From: Mycolicibacterium smegmatis | GTDB lineage: Bacteria > Actinomycetota > Actinomycetes > Mycobacteriales > Mycobacteriaceae | NCBI RefSeq assembly: GCF_001457595.1 | Contig: NZ_LN831039.1 | Coordinates: 2,430,001 to 2,462,000 of the forward strand | Direction of reading: 5' to 3' | Length of the DNA stretch: 32,000 nucleotides | In this document: one piece after another, positions 18,744 to 26,950 of the stretch | How positions within the stretch are numbered: position 1 is the first letter of the stretch | Layout of the letters: the number at the start of each line of letters is the position of its first letter | Program-made: the position numbers and the translations under genes | The notes under the pieces: model-generated | Databases searched by the model: none | What the model saw: only the letters and a program-made list of their open reading frames with translations | What the model was told of the DNA's origin: nothing

Positions 18744-19358
18744 CTAGTGGCCACACAGCTTTCGGGCGACGTCGGCCCAGGCGGCGGCCTGGACCTCGCA
18801 GCTGCGTCCGCGTTCGAGTTGATAGGCGACGTAGTCGGCGTCGAGCAGGGCGACGAGCGCGTCGGCCTGTGCGTCGAGGTCGCCCGTGGTCCCCGCGGCC
18901 TGCAGCAGCATCCGGACGTGGGACCGGTGCAGCGTGTCCGGCCCGCCGAAGCGTGCCTGCGGATCGCGCGCGGCGTCGGAGAGCAGTGCGTGGTGCTCGC
19001 GGACGAACTTCATCCGTTCGCGGCCGTAGGCGAGCAGACGGTCGAGGGGAGGGGCCCCGGGACCGAGCGGCGGCGGCCCGAAGATGAACGCGTCCTGGTG
19101 GGCCTTCTCGTCCTCGTCGAGCAGCACCATCATCAGCCCGGCGCGGGTGCCGAAGCGGCGGAACAGGGTGCCCTTGCCGACGCCGGCCTCGACGGCGATG
19201 TCGTCGGTGCTCACGGCGTCGGGTCCGCGCTCGGCGATGAGCCGGCGCGCCGCGTCGAGGATCGCGGCCCGGTTCCGGGCGGCGTCGCCGCGCTCCTGCG
19301 GCGCGCGGTCGGTGACCTCGAGCCGGACGGAGCGGTCAGTGGCTGCCACGACAGCCAC
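18744..19358 (-). CDS. TetR family transcriptional regulator
   Basis: RNRAAILDAARRLIAERGPDAVSTDDIAVEAGVGKGTLFRRFGTRAGLMMVLL; 4 nt upstream of the dinB2 ATG. Confidence 0.92.
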   Translation of the reverse strand: MAVVAATDRSVRLEVTDRAPQERGDAARNRAAILDAARRLIAERGPDAVSTDDIAVEAGVGKGTLFRRFGTRAGLMMVLLDEDEKAHQDAFIFGPPPLGPGAPPLDRLLAYGRERMKFVREHHALLSDAARDPQARFGGPDTLHRSHVRMLLQAAGTTGDLDAQADALVALLDADYVAYQLERGRSCEVQAAAWADVARKLCGH

Positions 19359-19398
19359 CTTATCTGTGAATTTCTGTGAATCCGGCCGAGTGGGAATG

Positions 19399-19418
19399 AA
19401 TCGGACTGCGGTCCGGTT
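19399..19418. promoter_or_regulatory. Candidate TetR operator
   Basis: AATCGGACTGCGGTCCGGTT, imperfect palindrome (16 of 20 symmetric positions) between divergent TetR and FMN reductase genes. Confidence 0.5.
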
Positions 19419-19465
19419 GATCGGGGACGAAACCCGACCACAAGAATCTCATGAAAGGACGGCTC

Positions 19466-20029
19466 ATGGCCGAAATCAAGGTGTTGGTACTCGTCGGCAG
19501 CCTCCGGGCGGCGTCCATCAACCGCCAACTCGCCGAACTGGCAGTCGAGACCGCGCCCGACGGTGTGGACCTGCAGGTGTTCGACCGGCTGGCCGAGGTG
19601 CCGTTCTACAACGAAGACATCGACACCGCTGATGTGCCCGAGCCGGCCGCGGCGCTGCGTGCCGCGGCGGTCGAGGCGGACGCAGCCCTGCTCGTCACCC
19701 CCGAGTACAACGCCACCATCCCCGCCGTCCTCAAGAACGCCATCGACTGGCTGTCGCGGCCGTACGGCAGTGGCGCGCTGCACGGCAAGCCGGCCGCCGT
19801 GATCGGCGCCGCGCACGGGCGCTACGGCGGTGTGTGGGCGCACGACGAGACCCGCAAGTCGCTGGGCGTCGCAGGCCCGCGCGTGGTCGAGGACGTCAAG
19901 CTGTCGATCGCAGCGTCGACGCTGGACGACAAGCACCCGCGCGAGAACGCCGAGGTGACCGTGAGTGTCCGGGAAGCCGTCGCCAAGCTTGTGGCGGCCG
20001 TCGCCGAGGTGCCCGCCGGGGTCGCCTGA
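19466..20029 (+). CDS. NAD(P)H-dependent FMN reductase / quinone reductase
   Basis: VLVLVGSLRAASINRQLAEL; VTPEYNATIPAVLKNAIDWLSRP flavodoxin-like motifs; start MAEIKV after an AAAGGA site. Confidence 0.92.
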   Translation: MAEIKVLVLVGSLRAASINRQLAELAVETAPDGVDLQVFDRLAEVPFYNEDIDTADVPEPAAALRAAAVEADAALLVTPEYNATIPAVLKNAIDWLSRPYGSGALHGKPAAVIGAAHGRYGGVWAHDETRKSLGVAGPRVVEDVKLSIAASTLDDKHPRENAEVTVSVREAVAKLVAAVAEVPAGVA

Positions 20030-20053
20030 CACCTTCTCCCACGTTTTCTCTCC

Positions 20054-20093
20054 AAGCCGCCGGCGCGGGTCCGAACGACCCCGCCGGCGGCTT
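20054..20093 (+). terminator. Rho-independent-terminator-like hairpin
   Basis: aagccgccggcgcgggtccgaacgaccccgccggcggctt; 11-bp perfect outer arms aagccgccggc/gccggcggctt, then a T. Confidence 0.7.
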
Positions 20094-20273
20094 TGCTGTC
20101 CGGGGGTCGCGTTCCGGCGACTTGTCGGTGGTCGGTGCTACATATGGGGGTGGAACGCGACACGCCCCCGCGGGCGTGACACGACACGCCGGAGAAGTTG
20201 GCCGGAGCAAGCTTACGACCTGGGAATTTCAGAAATGTTATTCAGAACATCTTGTATGGCTTCTTCTGTGGGG

Positions 20274-20289
20274 CCACTAGGTGTAGTGT
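20274..20289. promoter_or_regulatory. Candidate NrdR box upstream of nrdHIE
   Basis: ccactaggtgtagtgt (CACTA-N4-TAGTG dyad) agrees with most of the NrdR consensus acaCwAtATaTwGtgt. Confidence 0.6.
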
Positions 20290-20502
20290 CTGAGAGACCG
20301 ACAGGCCACCACAGTTCGGGAGCCCGCCGGAGCGCAGCGAACCCGGCCGAGTCGGTTTCCGAACCGGCCGGATGGCTGGCCCGGATGGCAGGAATTTTGG
20401 CGGCCCGCGGGTCGCTGAACTTCAGCGAGAAGCAGTAACCGTACCAGTTGCCAGTCACTGTCCAGATTCCTTTCACTCACCGCAAGAGGAGCCGTGCCGA
20501 AG

Positions 20503-20742
20503 ATGACCGTCACCGTGTACACCAAGCCCGCATGCGTGCAGTGCAACGCCACCTACAAGGCGCTGGACAAGCTGGGCATCGCCTACGAGACGGTCGACAT
20601 CACCGTCGACAGCGAGGCCCGTGACTACGTCATGGCGCTCGGCTACCTGCAGGCACCGGTCGTGGTGGCCGGCAACGAGCACTGGTCGGGCTTCCGCCCC
20701 GACCGCATCAAGGCACTCAGCGCCGCGACGATCAGCGCGTAA
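20503..20742 (+). CDS. nrdH: Glutaredoxin-like NrdH redoxin
   Basis: [26 protein letters not shown]...[25 protein letters not shown]; CxxC is CVQC. Confidence 0.95.
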   Translation: MTVTVYTKPACVQCNATYKALDKLGIAYETVDITVDSEARDYVMALGYLQAPVVVAGNEHWSGFRPDRIKALSAATISA

Positions 20743-20777
20743 CGACGACAGGACGGACAACGGGGGAGGGGATCGCG

Positions 20778-21221
20778 ATGAGCAACCTCGTCTATTTCTC
20801 CAGCGTCTCGGAAAACACGCATCGTTTCGTCCAGAAGCTGGGGATCCCCGCGATCCGCATCCCACTGCACGAGCGCATCGAGGTCGATGAGCCCTACGTG
20901 CTGGTGGTCCCCACCTACGGCGGTGGGCGGACCACCCCGGACATCAACGCTGGGGGCTACGTCCCCAAGCAGGTCATCGCGTTCCTCAACAACGAACACA
21001 ACCGGTCGTTGATCCGCGGCGTCATCGCCGCGGGCAACAACAACTTCGGTGCGGAGTTCGCCTATGCGGGCAATGTGATCGCGCGCAAGTGTGGCGTGCC
21101 GTACCTGTATCGCTTCGAACTGATGGGTACCCCGGACGATGTGGAAGCCGTCCGGGCAGGTTTGAAAGACTTCTGGAAGGAACAGACGTGCCACCCACCG
21201 TCACAGCTGCAGAGCCTGTAA
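20778..21221 (+). CDS. nrdI: Class Ib ribonucleotide reductase assembly flavoprotein NrdI
   Basis: [20 protein letters not shown]...VVPTYGGG...FNNNF-like [13 protein letters not shown]. Confidence 0.95.
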
Positions 21222-23356
21222 CCACCACCGGGCACGTGTTGCCGGGGGAGGCGGATTACCACGCGCTCAACGCGATGCTGAATCTGTACGACGCCGACGG
21301 CAAGATTCAGTTCGAAAAGGACAGGGAAGCCGCCAAGCAGTACTTCCTGCAGCACGTCAACCAGAACACGGTCTTCTTCCACAGCCAGGACGAGAAGCTC
21401 GACTACCTGATCGAGAACGAGTACTACGAGCGCGAGGTGCTCGACCAGTACTCCCGCGACTTCATCAAGAGCCTGCTGGACCGCGCGTACGCCAAGAAGT
21501 TTCGGTTCCCCACGTTCCTCGGTGCGTTCAAGTACTACACGTCCTACACGCTGAAGACCTTCGACGGTAAGCGCTACCTGGAGCGTTTCGAGGACCGCGT
21601 CGTCATGGTCGCGTTGACCCTGGCCGCAGGCGACACCGAACTCGCCGAGAAACTCGTCGACGAGATCATCGACGGCCGGTTCCAGCCGGCCACCCCCACG
21701 TTCCTCAACTCGGGCAAGAAGCAGCGCGGCGAGCCGGTGTCCTGCTTCCTGTTGCGCATCGAGGACAACATGGAGTCCATCGGGCGTTCCATCAACTCGG
21801 CGCTGCAGCTGTCCAAGCGCGGCGGCGGAGTCGCGCTGCTGCTGAGCAACATCCGCGAGCACGGCGCGCCCATCAAGAACATCGAGAACCAGAGCTCGGG
21901 CGTCATCCCCATCATGAAGCTGCTGGAGGACTCGTTCTCCTACGCCAATCAGCTGGGTGCCCGTCAGGGCGCGGGCGCGGTGTACCTGCACGCCCACCAC
22001 CCCGACATCTACCGGTTCCTGGACACCAAGCGCGAGAACGCCGACGAGAAGATCCGGATCAAGACGCTCTCGCTGGGTGTCGTGATCCCCGACATCACCT
22101 TCGAGCTGGCCAAGAAGAACGAGGACATGTACCTGTTCTCGCCGTACGACGTCGAGCGCGTCTACGGGGTGCCGTTCGCCGACGTCTCGGTCACCGAGAA
22201 GTACTACGAGATGGTCGACGACGCGCGGATCCGCAAGACCAAGATCAACGCGCGCGAGTTCTTCCAGACGCTGGCCGAGCTGCAGTTCGAATCGGGCTAC
22301 CCGTACATCATGTTCGAGGACACCGTGAACCGGTCCAACCCGATCGCGGGCAAGATCACGCACTCGAACCTGTGCTCGGAGATCCTGCAGGTCTCCACGC
22401 CGTCGGAGTTCAACGACGACCTGTCCTACGCCAAGGTGGGCAAGGACATCTCCTGCAACCTCGGCTCGCTCAACATCGCCAAGGCCATGGACTCGCCGGA
22501 CTTCGCGCAGACCATCGAGGTGGCGATCCGTGCGCTCACCGCGGTGAGCGATCAGACCCACATCACGTCCGTGCCGTCGATCGAGCAGGGCAACAACGAT
22601 TCCCACGCCATCGGCCTGGGGCAGATGAACCTGCACGGATACCTTGCGCGGGAACGCATCTACTACGGTTCCGAAGAGGGCATCGACTTCACGAACATCT
22701 ACTTCTACACGGTGCTGTTCCACGCGCTGCGCGCGTCGAACAAGATCGCGATCGAGCGCGGGACGCACTTCAAGGGATTCGAGAAGTCCAAGTACGCCTC
22801 GGGCGAGTTCTTCGACAAGTACACCGATCAGGTGTGGGAGCCCAAGACCGACAAGGTGCGCCGGCTGTTCGCCGACGCCGATATCCACATCCCCACGCAG
22901 GACGACTGGAAGCAGTTGAAGGAGTCGGTGCAGAAGCACGGCATCTACAACCAGAACCTGCAGGCCGTCCCGCCGACGGGGTCGATCTCCTACATCAACC
23001 ACTCGACGTCGTCGATCCACCCGGTCGCGTCGAAGATCGAGATCCGCAAGGAAGGCAAGATCGGTCGCGTCTACTACCCGGCGCCGTACATGACCAACGA
23101 CAACCTGGACTACTACCAGGACGCGTATGAGATCGGGTACGAGAAGATCATCGACACCTACGCCGCGGCCACCCAGCACGTGGACCAGGGTCTGAGCCTG
23201 ACGTTGTTCTTCAAGGACACCGCCACCACGCGTGACGTGAACAAGGCCCAGATCTACGCATGGCGCAAGGGCATCAAGACGCTCTACTACATCCGCCTGC
23301 GCCAGATGGCCTTGGAGGGAACCGAAGTCGAGGGTTGCGTCAGCTGCATGCTGTGA
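21188..23356 (+). CDS. nrdE: Class 1b ribonucleoside-diphosphate reductase alpha subunit NrdE
   Basis: [17 protein letters not shown]...[31 protein letters not shown]...; C-terminal GCVSCML. GTG 21188 start after GGAAGGA, overlapping nrdI. Confidence 0.96.
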
Positions 23357-23373
23357 CGCGCTGAGTTTTTCGC

Positions 23374-23535
23374 CGAGAGTGCGGTTTCATACGTGACACG
23401 CCGAGTGTCGCGGATGGGACCGCACTTTCGCGTTGAGCGGGCGCGGCTTGAGTGCCGTACTGACGTTCTCTGATGCCGAGCGTGCGTTCTCATACGCGTT
23501 CGGCGGCGTGTTGCGTATGAAACCGCACGGTCGGC
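23374..23535. repeat. Two tandem hairpin units made of four degenerate copies of a ~15-24-bp element (core gtgcggtttcatacg)
   Basis: + copy 23379-23393 gtgcggtttcatacg; - copy 23411-23425 (rc gtgcggtcccatccg); + copy 23475-23498 gccgagcgtgcgttctcatacgcg; - copy 23512-23535 (rc gccgaccgtgcggtttcatacgca). Confidence 0.8.
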
Positions 23536-23542
23536 GGGGGTT

Positions 23543-23929
23543 TCAGTGCTCGCGGGACTGCTCTGCCCGCTGTGCCTTGCGTTCACGCTCCTCGCGCAGC
23601 ACCTCCTGGTAGCTCTCGCGCTCGGCTGCGAGCCACTCCGGGGCCTCGGCGATGATCTGGTTGATCTCCTCGGTGGTGAGGGCATCGCCGACGCCGTTGC
23701 GGGCGAGTGCGGCGATCGAGATGCCGAGCTTGGCTGCGACGAGGTTCTTGGGGTGCGGGCCGTTCTTGCGCAGATCCTGCAGCCACTGCGGCGGGTCGGC
23801 CTGCAGTGCGGCGAGTTCCTCGCGGGTGATCGCGCTCTGTTGGAACTCCGCAGGCGTCGCGGGCAAATACACGTCCAGCTTCTTCGCCGCGGTGGCGGGT
23901 TTCATGGACTGCGCGTTCGGCCTGCTCAT
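23543..23929 (-). CDS. DUF5997-like conserved actinobacterial protein
   Basis: MKPATAAKKLDVYLPATPAEFQQSAITREELAALQADPPQWLQDLRKNGPHPKNLVAAKLGISIAALARNGV...; recalled family assignment. The true start may be the internal M at residue 9. Confidence 0.7.
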   Translation of the reverse strand: MSRPNAQSMKPATAAKKLDVYLPATPAEFQQSAITREELAALQADPPQWLQDLRKNGPHPKNLVAAKLGISIAALARNGVGDALTTEEINQIIAEAPEWLAAERESYQEVLREERERKAQRAEQSREH

Positions 23930-23957
23930 GGATCCAGCCTATCGGTAGCCTGAGGCG

Positions 23958-24659
23958 GTGACCCCGCTGTCCCTCACCCTCGGCTACATGCCCGGCGGGA
24001 CGCCCGCGAAGTGGGCGCGGATCTGGGCGCAGCGCCATCCCGACGTGCTACTCGACCTGCATCCCGTCGCCGCCGCGGACGCCGCCGACGCCGTGCGGTC
24101 CGGAACCGTCGACGTCACGCTGCTGCGCCTGCCCACCGACACGACCGGACTGGCCGTCATCCCGCTGTACGAGGAGACGACGGTGGCCGTGGTGCCCACC
24201 GACCACGTCTTCGCCGCGGCCGACGAGATCACCGCGGCCGACCTCGACGGCGAGCCGACGCTGGTACCCCTCGACAACGTCGTCGAATGGTCCGCGGGAA
24301 ACCCCGTCGAGCACCGACCCGAAACCACGGCGGACGCTATCGAACTCGTCGCCGCGGGCATGGGGGCACTCGTCGTCCCGCAGTCGCTCGCGCGGTTGCA
24401 CCACCGCAAGGACCTCACCTACCGCCCGATCACCGACGCGCCCACGTGTCCGGTGGCGATCGCGTTCCCAGAGGGGACACCGTCGGAACTGGTCGAGGAG
24501 TTCATCGGGATCGTGCGGGGGCGTAAACCCAATTCGTCACGCGGGCAGACACAACCGGCGCCGAAGCGCACCGCGCGCGAGAAGACCCTCGCCAAACAGG
24601 CCGCCCGCGCGGCCGCAGGCAAGGTCGCGCGCAAGCCGGTCAAACGCGGGAAACGCTGA
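23958..24659 (+). CDS. LysR substrate-binding-domain-only protein with basic C-terminal tail
   Basis: SLTLGYMPGGTPAKWARIWAQRHPDVLLDLHPV...DVTLLRLP...IPLYEETTVAVVPTDHVFAAADEI...AGMGALVVPQSLARL is a type-2 effector fold; no N-terminal wHTH; tail KRTAREKTLAKQAARAAAGKVARKPVKRGKR. Confidence 0.85.
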   Translation: MTPLSLTLGYMPGGTPAKWARIWAQRHPDVLLDLHPVAAADAADAVRSGTVDVTLLRLPTDTTGLAVIPLYEETTVAVVPTDHVFAAADEITAADLDGEPTLVPLDNVVEWSAGNPVEHRPETTADAIELVAAGMGALVVPQSLARLHHRKDLTYRPITDAPTCPVAIAFPEGTPSELVEEFIGIVRGRKPNSSRGQTQPAPKRTAREKTLAKQAARAAAGKVARKPVKRGKR

Positions 24660-25079
24660 CTACCGGATGGTGACCGATCCGTCGTCGTTGATCAGCCACG
24701 CCGGGTTCACCGCGACCTCCCACACGTGGCCGTCGAGGTCGGTGAAGTAGCCGGAATAGCCACCCCAGTAGGTCTTTTCGGCCGGTTTGACGATCGTGCC
24801 GCCCGCGGCCTGCACCTGCGTCATGACCTCGTCGACCTCGGCCTCGGTGCGCTGGTTGATCGCGATGCTGATGCCGCTGAACCGACCGTCGACCGCGACG
24901 CCGGTGTCGGTGGCCAGATCGGCACGGCCGAACAGCGCCAGGGCGATGCCGGGCAGTTGGTAGAACACCACCTCGTCGTAGGCGCCGGTCGCGGTCCAGC
25001 CCAGCCCCTCCTCGAAGAACCGCCGGGACGCTGCCAGGTTGTCGACACCGAGGGTGATCAGGCTGATGCGCTGTTCCAT
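24660..25079 (-). CDS. VOC/glyoxalase superfamily protein
   Basis: MEQRISLITLGVDNLAASRRFFEEGLGW...YSGYFTDLDGHVWEVAVNPAW. Confidence 0.92.
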   Translation of the reverse strand: MEQRISLITLGVDNLAASRRFFEEGLGWTATGAYDEVVFYQLPGIALALFGRADLATDTGVAVDGRFSGISIAINQRTEAEVDEVMTQVQAAGGTIVKPAEKTYWGGYSGYFTDLDGHVWEVAVNPAWLINDDGSVTIR

Positions 25080-25218
25080 GCGGCCGACCCTAGTCGGCCT
25101 TGTGCCCAGCTTGAGCAAAGTGCGTCCCGTAGCCAAATCGCCCACTGGTTTTCACCTTCCTGACAGGCGTTTCACAGCATCGGCGCACGCAGAAATTTGC
25201 TTGCCGCGTCCACAACCA

Positions 25219-25230
25219 TGAAACGTTTCA
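25219..25230. promoter_or_regulatory. Candidate LacI-type operator upstream of the MFS gene
   Basis: Perfect 12-bp palindrome TGAAACGTTTCA with central CG. Confidence 0.4.
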
Positions 25231-25350
25231 ATTCTGCGCGCGGTTTCGCTATTGTCCTCGGGGAATTGCGTCGTGTGTGCCTCGCCACACCGGCGCCGTC
25301 GGTGACGCGCACACCGCTCTCGTGATCGCGTCGACAACGAAAGGCCAGGG

Positions 25351-26760
25351 ATGACCGCAGGGACGAACAGTGCGCCCACCGCGTCGGCCGCAGCACCGTT
25401 CTTGAGCCGGGAGCGCATCATCGCGCCACCTGGCTGGAGTCGGTGGCTGGTGCCACCGGCGGCGTTGTCGATCCATCTCTCCGTCGGCGCGGCCTACTCG
25501 TGGAGCGTCTTCAAGAAACCGTTGGAAGGCGCCCTCGGCATCTCCGGCACCCTCAGCGCGCTGCCGTTCACCATCGGCATCGTCATGCTCGGGCTCTCGG
25601 CCGCGGTGTTCGGCACGTGGGTGGACCGCAACGGCCCCCGCAAGGCGATGTTCGCCGCGATGTGCTGCTTCTGCGGCGGCTGGCTCGTCGGGGCGGCCGG
25701 CCTGGCGCTGGGGCAATATTGGATCGTGTTGCTCGGCTACGGCGTGCTGGGCGGAATCGGCTGGGGGATCGGCTACATCTCGCCGGTCTCGACGCTGATG
25801 AAGTGGTTCCCCGACAAGCCGGGTATGGCGACCGGTCTGGCGATCATGGGATTCGGTGGCGGCGCGCTGATCGCGTCGCCGTGGTCGACCGCCATGCTCA
25901 ACGCGTTCGGGTCGAGCACCGGCGGCATCGCCAAGACATTCCTGGTGCACGGCATCGTCTACGCGGTGTTCATGTCCCTGGGCTGGATGCTGGTGCGCGT
26001 ACCGCGCGCGGACTGGCGGCCCCACGGGTGGACGCCACCGCCGGTGCAGGCGGGCTCGATCGTCACCGGTGGGCAGGTGTCGGCCAACAACGCGATCAAG
26101 ACCCCGCAGTTCTGGCTGCTGTGGATCGTGTTGTGCTTCAACGTGACCGCGGGCATCGGCATCCTGGAGAAGGCCTCGCCGATCTACCAGGACTACTTCC
26201 CGACGGCCGGCGCCGCCGCGGGTGCCCTGGCTGCCGCGGCCGCCGGATATGTGGCGATGCTGTCGTTCGGCAACATGGCCGGGCGCATCGGCTGGTCCAG
26301 CCTGTCCGATGTGATCGGCCGCAAGAACGCCTACCGGTTGTACCTGGGTGTCGGCGCGCTGCTGTACCTGACGATCACGCTGATGCAGAACTCCAACAAG
26401 CTGGTGTTCCTGATTGCCACCATCGTGATCCTGTCGTTCTACGGCGCCGGATTCGCCACCGTGCCTGCCTATCTGCGCGATCTGTTCGGCACCTTCCAGG
26501 TGGGCGCGATCCACGGCAGGCTGCTCACCGCGTGGTCGGCCGCGGGCATCCTGGGGCCGATCATCGTCAACTCGATCGCCGATCACCAGACGGCGGCGGG
26601 CAAGGAGGGCCCCGCCCTCTACACCCTGTCCTTCTCGATCATGATCGGGCTGTTGGTCGTGGCGCTGGTGTGCAACGAGCTCATCCGGCCGGTGTCGTCG
26701 AAATGGCATGAGCCCGCGACCGATACCACCGATCCGATTGCCGAGGAGGCCCGCCGGTGA
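25351..26760 (+). CDS. OxlT-like (oxalate/formate antiporter family) MFS transporter
   Basis: LSIHLSVGAAYSWSVFKKPLEGALGISGTLSALPFTIGIVMLGLSAAVFGTWVDRNGPRKAMF...; 12-TM pattern. Confidence 0.9.
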   Translation: MTAGTNSAPTASAAAPFLSRERIIAPPGWSRWLVPPAALSIHLSVGAAYSWSVFKKPLEGALGISGTLSALPFTIGIVMLGLSAAVFGTWVDRNGPRKAMFAAMCCFCGGWLVGAAGLALGQYWIVLLGYGVLGGIGWGIGYISPVSTLMKWFPDKPGMATGLAIMGFGGGALIASPWSTAMLNAFGSSTGGIAKTFLVHGIVYAVFMSLGWMLVRVPRADWRPHGWTPPPVQAGSIVTGGQVSANNAIKTPQFWLLWIVLCFNVTAGIGILEKASPIYQDYFPTAGAAAGALAAAAAGYVAMLSFGNMAGRIGWSSLSDVIGRKNAYRLYLGVGALLYLTITLMQNSNKLVFLIATIVILSFYGAGFATVPAYLRDLFGTFQVGAIHGRLLTAWSAAGILGPIIVNSIADHQTAAGKEGPALYTLSFSIMIGLLVVALVCNELIRPVSSKWHEPATDTTDPIAEEARR

Positions 26761-26900
26761 GCGAAACACCAGTCGAACTGCACGAATACCAGCCGACCGT
26801 GCCGAAGGTGTACATCGCGTTGGCATGGCTGTGGGTCGCCGTGCCCTTCGCCTACGGCGTATACCAGCTGCTGCTCAAGGTCGGTCAACTGTTCGGGTAG
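26757..26900 (+). CDS. 47-aa single-pass membrane microprotein, candidate small subunit of the upstream MFS transporter
   Basis: MSETPVELHEYQPTVPKVYIALAWLWVAVPFAYGVYQLLLKVGQLFG, translated by hand from GTG 26757; GTGA overlap with the MFS stop; absent from the supplied ORF track. Confidence 0.8.
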   Translation: MSETPVELHEYQPTVPKVYIALAWLWVAVPFAYGVYQLLLKVGQLFG

Positions 26901-26950
26901 CCGGACGAAAATGGGTGGAGCGCAGCGGCGTATCCAGGCACCCTGGAGCC

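Noticed and set aside
21062-23179. 705-aa minus-strand ORF opposite nrdE
   Set aside because: Antisense shadow of the strongly recognised nrdE.
25249-26826. 525-aa minus-strand ORF opposite the MFS gene
   Set aside because: Antisense shadow with low-complexity composition.
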